From assembly GCA_963800615.1 (NCBI GenBank), contig CAWDBO010000037.1:1152-65151 (forward strand): a stretch of 64,000 nucleotides of DNA, written 5' to 3'. The translations under genes were made by a program, and so were the position numbers. The notes beneath the pieces are model-generated. The model searched no databases and had not been told where the DNA came from. It saw only the letters and a program-made list of their open reading frames with translations. This stretch comes from an uncultured Chloroflexia bacterium. GTDB lineage: Bacteria > Chloroflexota > Anaerolineae > CG2-30-64-16. Shown piece by piece: positions 9,209-17,463 of this stretch (position 1 is the first letter of the stretch; the number at the start of each line of letters is the position of its first letter).

Positions 9209-11993
9209 CTACGCAAGCTCGGTCAGCCGGTCGCGCAGCCGCGCCGCCCGGCCTTCGAGCTCGCCGAGCTTGTCTCGCTCGCGCGCCACCACGTTCGCCG
9301 GCGCCCGCTGCGCGAACGGGCCCTGCAGCAGCCCCGAGGTGCGCGCGATTTGCGCCTCGGTTTCGGCCAGTTCCTTGGCGAGCCGGTTGCGCTCCGCCTC
9401 GAAGTCGATCAGGTCCGCCAGCGGCAGGTACGTCGTCACCAGCCCGGTCACGAGCGTCAGTGCCTGCGGCGGCGCATCCAGCCGCTCTGCGATCGTCAGC
9501 TGAGCCGGGTCCAGCCGGGCAAGCGAGCACAGGATGTCGGCGTGCCGCTTGAGCATCGGCGCGCGTTCCCCGGCGGCAATACTGGCGTGCAGCGGCTGGC
9601 CCGGCTTCACGTCGTACTCCGCGCGGGCGTTGCGGATCGCGCGCACCATGTCCATGATCTAGCCCCATGTCCGACTCGGCCGCTTCGTCGCGCATGGCGG
9701 TCGCCGGCCACGGCGCGATGATCAGGCCCGCGGGCCACTCGCCTCCGGCATTCCCCACCGCCTGCTTCAGATACCCCCACGTCTCTTCGGTCACGAACGG
9801 GATGTAGGGATGCAGCAGCCGGAGCGACTCGTCCAGCACTTTGATGAGGACGGCCTGCGTGCGCGCCTTGGCTTCGGGCGAACCCCGGTAGATGGCGATC
9901 TTGCTGATCTCCAGGTACCAGTCGCAGAACTCGCTCCAGAAGAAGTCGTAGATCTGGCGCCCGGCCTCGCCGAACTGGAAGGTGTCCATCAGGCGGGTGG
10001 CGTCCGCGAGGGTGGCCGACAGCCGGCTCAGGATCCACCGCTCGGGAAGATCCAGGTTCTGACCTTGCCACAGAGGACTCAGAGCGCTCCGAGGTGGCTC
10101 CGAGGTCTCTGTGCTCTCTGTGGCTGTTCCGTTGCCCAACTGCGACAGGATATAGCGGGTGGCGTTCCAGATCTTGTTCGTGAAGTTCCGGTTGCCCTCC
10201 ACCCGCTGCAGGCTCAGGTTCATGTCGTTGCCCGGCGTCGCGCCCGTCAGCAGCGTGAAGCGCAGCGCGTCCGCGCCCATCGCGGCGATGCCCTCCGGAT
10301 ACTGCTTGCGCACGTAGTCGCTCAGCTCCTCGGGCCGCGCGCCGTCCAGCAGCGCGAGCGGATCGAGCACGTTCCCCGTGGTCTTGGACATCTTCCGGCC
10401 CTGGTCGTCTCTGACGAGGCCGTGCAGGTACACGGTCTCGAACGGGATGTCGTTCGTGTAGAGCAGGCCCTGCATGATCATGCGCGCCACCCAGAAGAAC
10501 AGGATGTCGTAGCCCGTCTCCATCACCGTCGTCGGATAGTAGCGGCGCAGGTCGGGCGTGTCGTCGGGCCAGCCGAGCGTCGAGAACGGCCACAAGCCGG
10601 ACGAGAACCAGGTGTCGAGCACGTCCGGGTCCTGCTCGATGCGCGACGAGCCGCAGCTCTCGCAGCGATCCGGGTCGATCCGGGCCACGGTCGTATGGCC
10701 GCACTCCGCGCAGTGCCAGGCCGGGATGCGGTGTCCCCACCACAACTGCCGGCTGATGCACCAGTCGCGGATGTTCTCCAGCCAGTTGTAATACACCTTC
10801 GTGAAGCGCTCCGGGATGATCTCGATGCGGCCCGAGCGCACCGCTTGCAGGCCCATGTCGGCCATGGGCTTGATTTTCACGAACCACTGCGTGCTGACCA
10901 TCGGCTCCACGATTTCGCCCCCGCGCTGCGAGCGCGGCACCTGTGTACGGTAAGCTTCAACCTTGATCGTCAGCCCCGCGGCTTCCATGTCGGCCCACAG
11001 TTTCTTGCGCGCTTCGAACCGGTCCATGCCCGCGTACGGCCCGCCCGCGGCGCTCACCTTGGCGTCCTTGTCGAGCATCCCGATGATTTGCAGGCCATGC
11101 CGCTGCCCGATCTCGAAGTCGTTCGGGTCGTGCCCGGGCGTGATCTTGAGCGCCCCCGTCCCAAACTCCATGTCCACGTACGTGTCGTGGATCACGGGGA
11201 TGGGCCGCTTGAGGATGGGCACCAGGCACGTCGCACCGATCAGGTGGCGGTAGCGCTCGTCGTCCGGATGCACCGCCACTGCGGTGTCGCCCAGGATCGT
11301 CTCCGGCCGCGTCGTCGCCACCGGGATGTAGCCCTTGCCCGGTCCGTCCTCCAGGTTCGCGCCCGCGATCGGGTACTTGAAGTAGTAGAGGGCCGCGTCT
11401 TCCTCGGTGTACTCCACCTCCAGGTCGCTGACCGCGGTCTGCAGCCCGGGCGACCAGTTGATCAGGTACTCCCCGCGGTAAATCAGGCCCATCCGGTACA
11501 GCCGCACGAACGCCTCGCGCACCGCCTGGCTCAGCCCTTCGTCCATCGTGAAGCGCAGCCGGTCCCAGTCGCACGACGCGCCCAGCCGGCGCAGCTGCCG
11601 CACGATGTGGCCGCCGTACTTTTCCTTCCACTCCCACGTCCGGCGCAGAAACTCGGCCCGCCCCAGGTCCTGCCGGCGCAACCCCTCGCGCGCCAGCATC
11701 TTCTCCACCTGCAGCTGCGTGGCTATGCCCGCATGGTCATAGCCCGGCACCCACAGCGCCGCGTACCCCCGCATCCGCTTGTACCGGATCATCAGGTCCT
11801 CGAGCGACACGAACATGGCGTGGCCCAGGTGCAGCTCGCCAGTGATGTTCGGCGGCGGGATCGAGATCACGAACGGCTGAGCGTCCGGCGGAGCAATCTC
11901 TGGCTTGAAGTAGCCGTTCGACTCCCACCAGTCGTAGATCCTGCGCTCGGAGGCGCTGGGATCGTAGGTCTTGGGCATTTCGAATGATGTCAT
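9209..11993 (-). CDS. valS: valine--tRNA ligase, one frameshift near 9658
   Basis: Class I HIGH motif (PPNITGELHLGHA), KMSKT motif (GRKMSKTTGN), and full-length ValRS-like sequence. The C-terminal coiled coil (ORF 9209..9655, MDMVRAIRNARAE...) is in another frame: ctagatc should read ctgatc. RBS GGAGAGG. Confidence 0.95.
10068..10123. repeat. imperfect palindromic word-repeat (CACAGAG words) inserted in frame inside valS
   Basis: ccacagaggactcagagcgctccgagg-tgg-ctccgaggtctctgtgctctctgtgg. Translated on the minus strand it gives ATESTETSEPPRSALSPLW in the variable loop between NKIWNATRYIL and ERWILSRL. Confidence 0.6.
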
Positions 11994-12029
11994 GATTTCC
12001 TCTCCTGTCTCAACCCGGTGCCGGCCTTG

Positions 12030-12494
12030 TCAGGGATGGTCGTTCGGGTTGTTGGTTGTCAGACCCTCGCCACGCGCTGCCTCGAGCAACTCGCCATTGG
12101 CGCTGATGAAAATCGGCGGACCCGAGGCCAACCGGGCCAGGTCGTTCGCGAGATCCAGCGCCGTTGCGAGATGCAGTGCATCGTAGGCGCGCAGCCCATG
12201 CGCGACCGCCAACTCACCTGCAGCCTTGATTACGATCCGCGACACAGGTGAGGTGTGAACAAGCGCTCGAATGTCCTGATTCAGTTCGGTAATGATCACC
12301 TCGCGCCTCGGCTTGCCGATTCGCTTCTCTCGGTAGGCGCGGCCGAATGCGCTCATGACCTCCACTGCGACGAGTTCGCTGCTAAGAAACATATCGTCTT
12401 CGGCCTGATCCATCAGGTTGTTCATCCAGGTGCTCCCCGACTCCCTCACATACCGTTTGACGAGAGCGCTGGCATCAAGGTAATAAACGGGCAT
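12030..12494 (-). CDS. vapC: PIN-domain toxin VapC
   Basis: 154 aa. YYLDASALVKRY (N-terminal acidic residue), ELVAVEV, and LRAYDALHLATAL are typical PIN motifs. The start overlaps the vapB stop (ATGA). Confidence 0.85.
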   Translation of the reverse strand: MPVYYLDASALVKRYVRESGSTWMNNLMDQAEDDMFLSSELVAVEVMSAFGRAYREKRIGKPRREVIITELNQDIRALVHTSPVSRIVIKAAGELAVAHGLRAYDALHLATALDLANDLARLASGPPIFISANGELLEAARGEGLTTNNPNDHP

Positions 12495-12817
12495 CAGCGC
12501 GGTCCCCTATCTTCGATAATCCACTCTGACAAGGGAACTCCAGCGAGCCATTCCCGTATCTCGTCGAGCGTTGCTGGTTCGACCCCTTCAATCCACGGCA
12601 GCAAGTCACCCGGGTCCGAAAGTTTCCCCGCCTCGCATAAGGCGCGGAGGATGCGCTCCTTCTCGGTTTCAGGCTTCGGCTCCACTCCCAACCCGGAAGC
12701 CAATGTATCAACGACGGCCTGGTTAAGCGAAACATTGTACTCGGCGGCCCGTTCCTTTAGCGCACGGTGCAGCTGCGCCGGCAAGCGTAGGGTTAACTTC
12801 ACACTCTCTTCACTCAT
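12494..12817 (-). CDS. vapB: ribbon-helix-helix antitoxin VapB
   Basis: MSEESVKLTLRLPAQLHRALKERAAEYNVSLNQAVVDTL is a CopG/Arc-like RHH. GGGAGG RBS lies 6 nt before the ATG at 12817; the ORF track starts earlier, at 12841. Confidence 0.8.
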   Translation of the reverse strand: MSEESVKLTLRLPAQLHRALKERAAEYNVSLNQAVVDTLASGLGVEPKPETEKERILRALCEAGKLSDPGDLLPWIEGVEPATLDEIREWLAGVPLSEWIIEDRGPR

Positions 12818-12833
12818 CGTTTCCTCCCGATTT

Positions 12834-12863
12834 GCCACCATAGTGGCATGCCACTATGGTGGC
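12834..12863. promoter_or_regulatory. 30-bp perfect palindrome, candidate VapB operator
   Basis: GCCACCATAGTGGCA|TGCCACTATGGTGGC, located between the T-box terminator and the vapB RBS. Confidence 0.55.
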
Positions 12864-12883
12864 ATCCTATCACGTCTTGCCAG

Positions 12884-12920
12884 AAATAAAAAGACCCTCC
12901 GTCCTCAAGGACGGAAGGTC
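12884..12920 (-). terminator. intrinsic terminator of the T-box leader
   Basis: RNA GACCUUCCGUCC-UUGA-GGACGGAGGGUC followed by UUUUUAUUU. Confidence 0.9.
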
Positions 12921-13204
12921 TCCGCGGTGCCACCTTGGTTGGCATTGCGCGTGCAGTCGGCGGCGCGCGTTGCCCACTCTGCGCTGTAACGGGCTCACCC
13001 GTGGCTGCTTGTCCGATGCGCGTTCGGCACACGTGTGCCACGCACCAACCGGTTCGGCAGCCAGACTCCCCGGCGACGTTCGGCCCTGCTCACATCGGAA
13101 GGGGGCTCGCACCCGGTGACCCCCTCTCTCTGGCGACGGCTACGGCAAGCGTCCCTCGGGACGATTGCCCGGCCTACTCCTCCGGTTCCACGTCTTCTTC
13201 GATT
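12884..13204 (-). promoter_or_regulatory. T-box riboswitch leader, specifier most consistent with GUC (Val)
   Basis: Stem I elements are GGAGGAGUA and an AGAGAG bulge. The specifier loop GAAC-GUC-G places the codon at 13077-13075. F-box CCGUUA is present. The T-box AAGGUGGCACCGCGG (12936-12922) can fold as antiterminator AAGG[UGGCACC]GCGG-AGACCUU-CCGU-CCUU, competing with the terminator. Confidence 0.9.
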
Positions 13205-13210
13205 GGCGCT

Positions 13211-13238
13211 ATTATATCACTTCGCCGCTTACTGTCAA
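13211..13238 (-). promoter_or_regulatory. consensus sigma-70-type promoter driving the T-box leader
   Basis: TTGACA (13238-13233), 16-nt spacer, TATAAT (13216-13211). The -35 overlaps the stop codon of the upstream gene. Confidence 0.75.
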
Positions 13239-14629
13239 CCCCCCGGGACCGCCCGGCGCAAATCTGCAAACACCCGCGTCAGCTCCGCCCGCAGCTCTGA
13301 CTCCGTCGGCAAGCTGGCGATCAATTGCTCGGCCTCCCGCATGCGCCGCCGCGCATCCGGAAAGTCCACCAACCCTTGCGTCACCTGCTGGCGCACGGGC
13401 AGCAGCGTCTCGATCGCGGCGTCAAAGGTCGCGCTGGCCGAGCTCGGTCCTTGCTCCGGTTTCCTCACCGCCGCGAGCGCGCGGTCCGCGTCGATGTCCG
13501 CAGGCACAAGCAACCACTTTCCGGTCTCCGCCGCCATCGCCCGATAAGCCTCCGCGGCAGGCTCCATGTCGCTCTCGAAAATGTGGCTGCGGTCGACCCT
13601 GTGCTGCCCCAGGTGTGTCCTCTGCACCGCCAGCTGGTGGATGCCTCCCGGACCTTCGAGGATGGCGCCGGTCAGGCGATAACCTCTCGGCGGCGGGAGC
13701 ACCCAGGCCCAAAGGACACGGAGCCAGGCAAGCGGACCTCCGTAGGCTTCTCGCTCCAACTCGATCGGGAATTGCTTGTCCCGCACGAGGTGATTCCACT
13801 GTGTCAGCTTTTCCGTGATGCTCACGGGAATGACGCGGGTGGCGGTGTCGGCCTCTGTCGTGAACGGGCTGGTGAATTCGCCAATGAGGAACCCGGGCGG
13901 CACTGCAGGGCGGCCAAGCAGCGGCAGGATGCGGGTGTACCAAAGCTCGCGCAGCGCCCCCAGCAGCCAGCGCAGCAGCGCGCCCAGGAGGTACAAGAGA
14001 GCTATCAACACGAGTCCGGCCACGACAAAGCCGAAGGCGTCGAGGACCTTCGGGCCGGTGGCCGAGGCCAGCGTGGCTGCGGGCACCGGCGTTTCGGCGG
14101 GAGCCGGCGTCTCAGTCGGCAGCGGCGCGAGTTGCGTTGCCTGGATGGCGGCCTTGCCGCCGAGCGCAGCCTGCAGGCCCTGCAGCGCCTCCGCATTCCC
14201 GCGCGTGTCCTCCGCGATCTGGGAATAGAGCGTCGCGGCGCTGTCGTAATCCTTGCCTTCGAGGTAGGCCTTGGCCAGCACCAGGCGCGCCTGTAACTCG
14301 GTGAAGGTGGCCGTCGGGCTTGGGGTAAGCGTGGGCGTGATCGTCGCGGATGGCGCTACCGCTGTGCCGGTCCTGGCGGCAGGAGCCGAGGCCGTCCCGG
14401 TCGCCGCTGCCGGCGTTCCGGCCGCCCCCGCAGCAGTCGTCCCTGTGATGGCCGCGCTTGCGGCAGGCGCCGCAGCTGTGCTCGCGGCAGGTGCGGTCGC
14501 CTGGGTGACGTCAGGAGCTTGGGTAGGCGTTGCTCGGGTGGTGCAGCCGGCAAAGACGAGGACAAGCGCAAGGGCCACCAACCACGGCAGCAGGCTGCGC
14601 GCCGCACGGCGCGTCCCGCGTCGACTCAT
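13235..14629 (-). CDS. putative lipoprotein with Thr/Ala/Pro-rich linkers, internal TM helix and uncharacterised C-terminal domain
   Basis: Start chosen at MSRRGTRRAARSLLPWLVALALVLVFAGC (lipobox-like, GGAGG RBS 6 nt upstream). TPR-like segment LVLAKAYLEGKDYDSAATLY; TM helix FGFVVAGLVLIALLYLLGALL. No family recognised for the last about 250 aa. Confidence 0.5.
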   Translation of the reverse strand: MSRRGTRRAARSLLPWLVALALVLVFAGCTTRATPTQAPDVTQATAPAASTAAAPAASAAITGTTAAGAAGTPAAATGTASAPAARTGTAVAPSATITPTLTPSPTATFTELQARLVLAKAYLEGKDYDSAATLYSQIAEDTRGNAEALQGLQAALGGKAAIQATQLAPLPTETPAPAETPVPAATLASATGPKVLDAFGFVVAGLVLIALLYLLGALLRWLLGALRELWYTRILPLLGRPAVPPGFLIGEFTSPFTTEADTATRVIPVSITEKLTQWNHLVRDKQFPIELEREAYGGPLAWLRVLWAWVLPPPRGYRLTGAILEGPGGIHQLAVQRTHLGQHRVDRSHIFESDMEPAAEAYRAMAAETGKWLLVPADIDADRALAAVRKPEQGPSSASATFDAAIETLLPVRQQVTQGLVDFPDARRRMREAEQLIASLPTESELRAELTRVFADLRRAVPGG

Positions 14630-14794
14630 GGCAACCTCCGGGGCGAAACGATGATGGTCGGGCGAACGCAATGGCCGGTCGCGCTTCTGGTGACTGCCGT
14701 ACCGCCTGGCGCGACGCGGCCGGATTATAACATCCTTCACTTGTAGCGGCAACAACCCGAAGCCGCGGTTAAGATTCTCGCGTCGCGCCGCCGG

Positions 14795-14803
14795 TGCTAT
14801 AAT
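14795..14803 (+). promoter_or_regulatory. extended -10 promoter element (TGcTATAAT) upstream of yitJ-like gene
   Basis: TGCTATAAT lies 39 nt before the ATG at 14842. No good -35 was seen. Confidence 0.4.
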
Positions 14804-14841
14804 CCTGCGGCCGCCGGCACTGCCCGGCGACAGGAGTGGTG

Positions 14842-16725
14842 ATGGCGCACCCTTTTCTTGAACGCTTGGCCCGCGGCCCAGTGCTTGCCGATGGCGCAAT
14901 GGGGACCATGCTGCATGGCCGCGGCGCGCGGGTTGACCAGTGTCTCGACATGCTCAACCTCGAACAGCCGGAATGGGTGCGCGAGATCCACCTCGCCTAC
15001 GTCCGCGCGGGTGCGGAAGTCATCCAAACCAACACGTTTGGCGCCAGTGCGCCGCGCCTCGTCGACTTCGGGCTGGAAACCCGGGTGCGCGAGATTAATT
15101 TCCAGGGCGTCAAGCTTGCGCGGGAGGCCCGCGAGATCAGCGGCCAGCCCGTCTGGCTGGCGGGATCGGTAGGCCCGCTTGGGAAACGTGCGCGCCGCGG
15201 CGATGAGTTGCTGCGCGGGGTCGCCGAGGCCGCGTTCAAGGAGCAGATCGCGGCGCTCTGGGAGGCGGGCGCGGACCTGTTGGTCCTGGAGACGTTCTCC
15301 GACCTGCCAGAGCTGGTGCTTGCGGTGCAGGTTGCGAAGGCGACGACCGACCTGCCGGTGGTTGCCGAAGTGACGTTCGGCAACGACGGCGTCAGCGGCG
15401 ACGGCGCGTGGCCGAGCGACGTCGCCCATGCCCTGGCCGCTGCCGGCGCCGATGTGGGCGGCGTCAACTGCTCCCTGGGCCCCGCGCGCCTGCTTGATTT
15501 TGTCGCCGAGATGCACGCCGCGGAGCCGGGCCTCCGGCTGTCGGCCATGCCCAACGCCGGCCTGCCTTATCGGGCGGGCGAGCGGATGATTTACCCCACT
15601 GCGCCGCACTATTTCGCGGAGCGGGTGCCTCAGTTCGTCGCCCAAGGCGCCGCGCTGATCGGCGGGTGCTGCGGTACGACCCCGGCGCATACCCATGCCA
15701 TGCGGGCTGCGCTCGACCAGGCCGTCGGCGCGCCCCAGCGTAAGGAGGAGCTCACGCCGCTGCCCATGGTCCGGGTGAGCTCCCCCGGCGCGGGCGTCAC
15801 GGACGAAGAAGCACCGGAGCCGACAGGATTGCTCCGGAAGATCAAGGCGGGCCAGTTTGTCGTCAGCGTCGAAGTTGACCCACCCCGCGGTTTCAGCGCC
15901 GCCAAGATGCTCGAAGGTGCTCGGATCGCCCAGGAACACGGTGCGGACGCGGTGAACGTCGCCGACAGCCCGATGGCTCGCGTGCGGATGGGCGCGCTGG
16001 CCCTCTGCGTGCTGATCCAGCAGCAGGTTGGGATCGAGACCATCCTGCACCTCACTACCCGTGATCGCTCCCTGATGGGATTGCAGGCCGACCTGATCGG
16101 CGCGCACGCGCTGGGCGTCCGCAACATCATCGCGTTGACAGGCGATCCCCCCAGCCTGGGGGACACGCGCGAGAGCAGCGCCGTGTACGACGTCGATTCG
16201 ATCGGGCTTGCGAAGATTGTCAGCCAGTTCAACCAGGGCCTCGATCGTTCGGGCAAGCCTTTCGGGGGCAAGGCCGGGTTTACCATCATCGTCGCCAGCG
16301 ACCCAACCCGCGCCGACCTGGTCCGCGAGGTCGATCGCTTCCACCGCAAGGTGGGCTCCGGCGCGCACCTGACCATGACGCAGCCGATCTTCGATGCCGA
16401 GCTCTGGCGGCGCTTCTTCAGCCTGTACGAAGAACGGCACGGCCCCTTCCCGGTGCCGGTGCTGATCGGTATCCTGCCGCTGCAGAGCCACCGCCACGCG
16501 TCTTTCCTGCACAACGAGGTTCCCGGCATCACGATCCCCGAGGCCGCCCTCGTCCGAATGGAGCGGGCCGGCGCTGAGGGCCGCAGGGAAGGCGTGAAGA
16601 TGGCGCAGGAACTCCTGCTCGAGCTGACGGAGCTGCCGCGGGTGCAGGGCGTCTACCTCATGCCCAGCTTCGGCCGCTACGAGGTGGCCTGCGAGGTGCT
16701 CGACGTGGTGAAAGACCGCGCTTAG
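14842..16725 (+). CDS. yitJ: bifunctional homocysteine S-methyltransferase / 5,10-methylenetetrahydrofolate reductase
   Basis: Intact. The N-terminal half is Hcy-binding ([23 protein letters not shown] zinc site). The C-terminal half is MTHFR-like ([24 protein letters not shown]). AGGAG RBS 5 nt before the ATG. Confidence 0.9.
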   Translation: MAHPFLERLARGPVLADGAMGTMLHGRGARVDQCLDMLNLEQPEWVREIHLAYVRAGAEVIQTNTFGASAPRLVDFGLETRVREINFQGVKLAREAREISGQPVWLAGSVGPLGKRARRGDELLRGVAEAAFKEQIAALWEAGADLLVLETFSDLPELVLAVQVAKATTDLPVVAEVTFGNDGVSGDGAWPSDVAHALAAAGADVGGVNCSLGPARLLDFVAEMHAAEPGLRLSAMPNAGLPYRAGERMIYPTAPHYFAERVPQFVAQGAALIGGCCGTTPAHTHAMRAALDQAVGAPQRKEELTPLPMVRVSSPGAGVTDEEAPEPTGLLRKIKAGQFVVSVEVDPPRGFSAAKMLEGARIAQEHGADAVNVADSPMARVRMGALALCVLIQQQVGIETILHLTTRDRSLMGLQADLIGAHALGVRNIIALTGDPPSLGDTRESSAVYDVDSIGLAKIVSQFNQGLDRSGKPFGGKAGFTIIVASDPTRADLVREVDRFHRKVGSGAHLTMTQPIFDAELWRRFFSLYEERHGPFPVPVLIGILPLQSHRHASFLHNEVPGITIPEAALVRMERAGAEGRREGVKMAQELLLELTELPRVQGVYLMPSFGRYEVACEVLDVVKDRA

Positions 16726-16734
16726 GAACGACCG

Positions 16735-17424
16735 GTGCAGGATATGTCACCTCAGCAACCATTCGTCCTTGCCTCCAAGTCTCCCCGGCGGCGGCAGCTT
16801 CTCGCGAGCCTCGGGCTGGAGTTCACCGTCGATGCCGCAGATGTGGACGAAACGCCGCTGCCGGGCGAGCCGCCGGACGTGCTCGTCTGCCGGCTCTGCC
16901 GCGCCAAGGCGGCCGCAGTCGCCGACCGGCATCCGGGCGAGGTCGTGCTTGCTGCCGACACGCTCGTCGTGCTTGCGGGCAGCCTGCTGGGTAAGCCGGC
17001 CGACCCGCTGGAAGCAGTCGCGATGCTCGCGGCGCTGCGCGACCGCGTCCACGTCGTCTACACGGCGGTTTGCGTCCTGAACGGCGGCTCGGCCGAAACC
17101 AGGGTCTCTGCGACCGACGTCAGGATGCGCCGGTACACGGATGCGGAGATCGAGGCCTACGTGGAAACCGGCGACCCGCTCGACAAGGCGGGTGCGTACG
17201 GCATCCAGGATCCGAAGTTCGCGCCGGTCGAGGCGTGGGATGGGTGCTACTCTGCAGTCATGGGCCTGCCGTTGGGATTGACGGCCGAAATGCTCGGGCA
17301 GGCCGGCGTGCAGGCGTCAAGCCGGTGGCTGTTATTCGCGTGTGAGACGATGACTGGGGATTGCTGCTGCCAGCGGAGGGCGGCGCTCGCCGAGCCCGCG
17401 CGCTTGCGCGTTGCCGAAAGGTAG
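16735..17424 (+). CDS. maf: Maf-like nucleoside triphosphate pyrophosphatase
   Basis: FVLASKSPRRRQLL, LAADTLVV and DKAGAYGIQ motifs, plus about 35 extra C-terminal residues. Confidence 0.85.
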   Translation: MQDMSPQQPFVLASKSPRRRQLLASLGLEFTVDAADVDETPLPGEPPDVLVCRLCRAKAAAVADRHPGEVVLAADTLVVLAGSLLGKPADPLEAVAMLAALRDRVHVVYTAVCVLNGGSAETRVSATDVRMRRYTDAEIEAYVETGDPLDKAGAYGIQDPKFAPVEAWDGCYSAVMGLPLGLTAEMLGQAGVQASSRWLLFACETMTGDCCCQRRAALAEPARLRVAER

Positions 17425-17463
17425 TTCGGGAGAACGGACGCGATGAATAACCAGGGTTAAAGC

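Noticed and set aside
12814-13112. ORFs 12870..13112(-), 12814..13041(-) and 12856..13119(+), which overlap the leader.
   Set aside because: They are Arg/Pro/Ala-rich with no RBS, and they lie entirely within the T-box RNA structure.
12885-13205. A strongly promoted, terminated RNA of about 320 nt, first considered as RNase P RNA, tmRNA, SRP RNA, 6S RNA or a c-di-AMP riboswitch.
   Set aside because: - It lacks the RNase P P4 motifs (GAGGAAAGUCC / ACAGAA.CCGGCUUA).
- It lacks the tmRNA tRNA-like ends and a tag ORF.
- It lacks the SRP GGAA-tetraloop AGCAGC motif.
- The T-box sequence, antiterminator geometry, AGAGAG bulge and F-box explain it fully.
14630-14841. Possible SAM (S-box) riboswitch upstream of the yitJ-like gene, as in Bacillus.
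   Set aside because: No S-box core motifs (GGAGGGA...GCAACC...) were seen. The best promoter (TGcTATAAT at 14795) leaves only a leader of about 30 nt.
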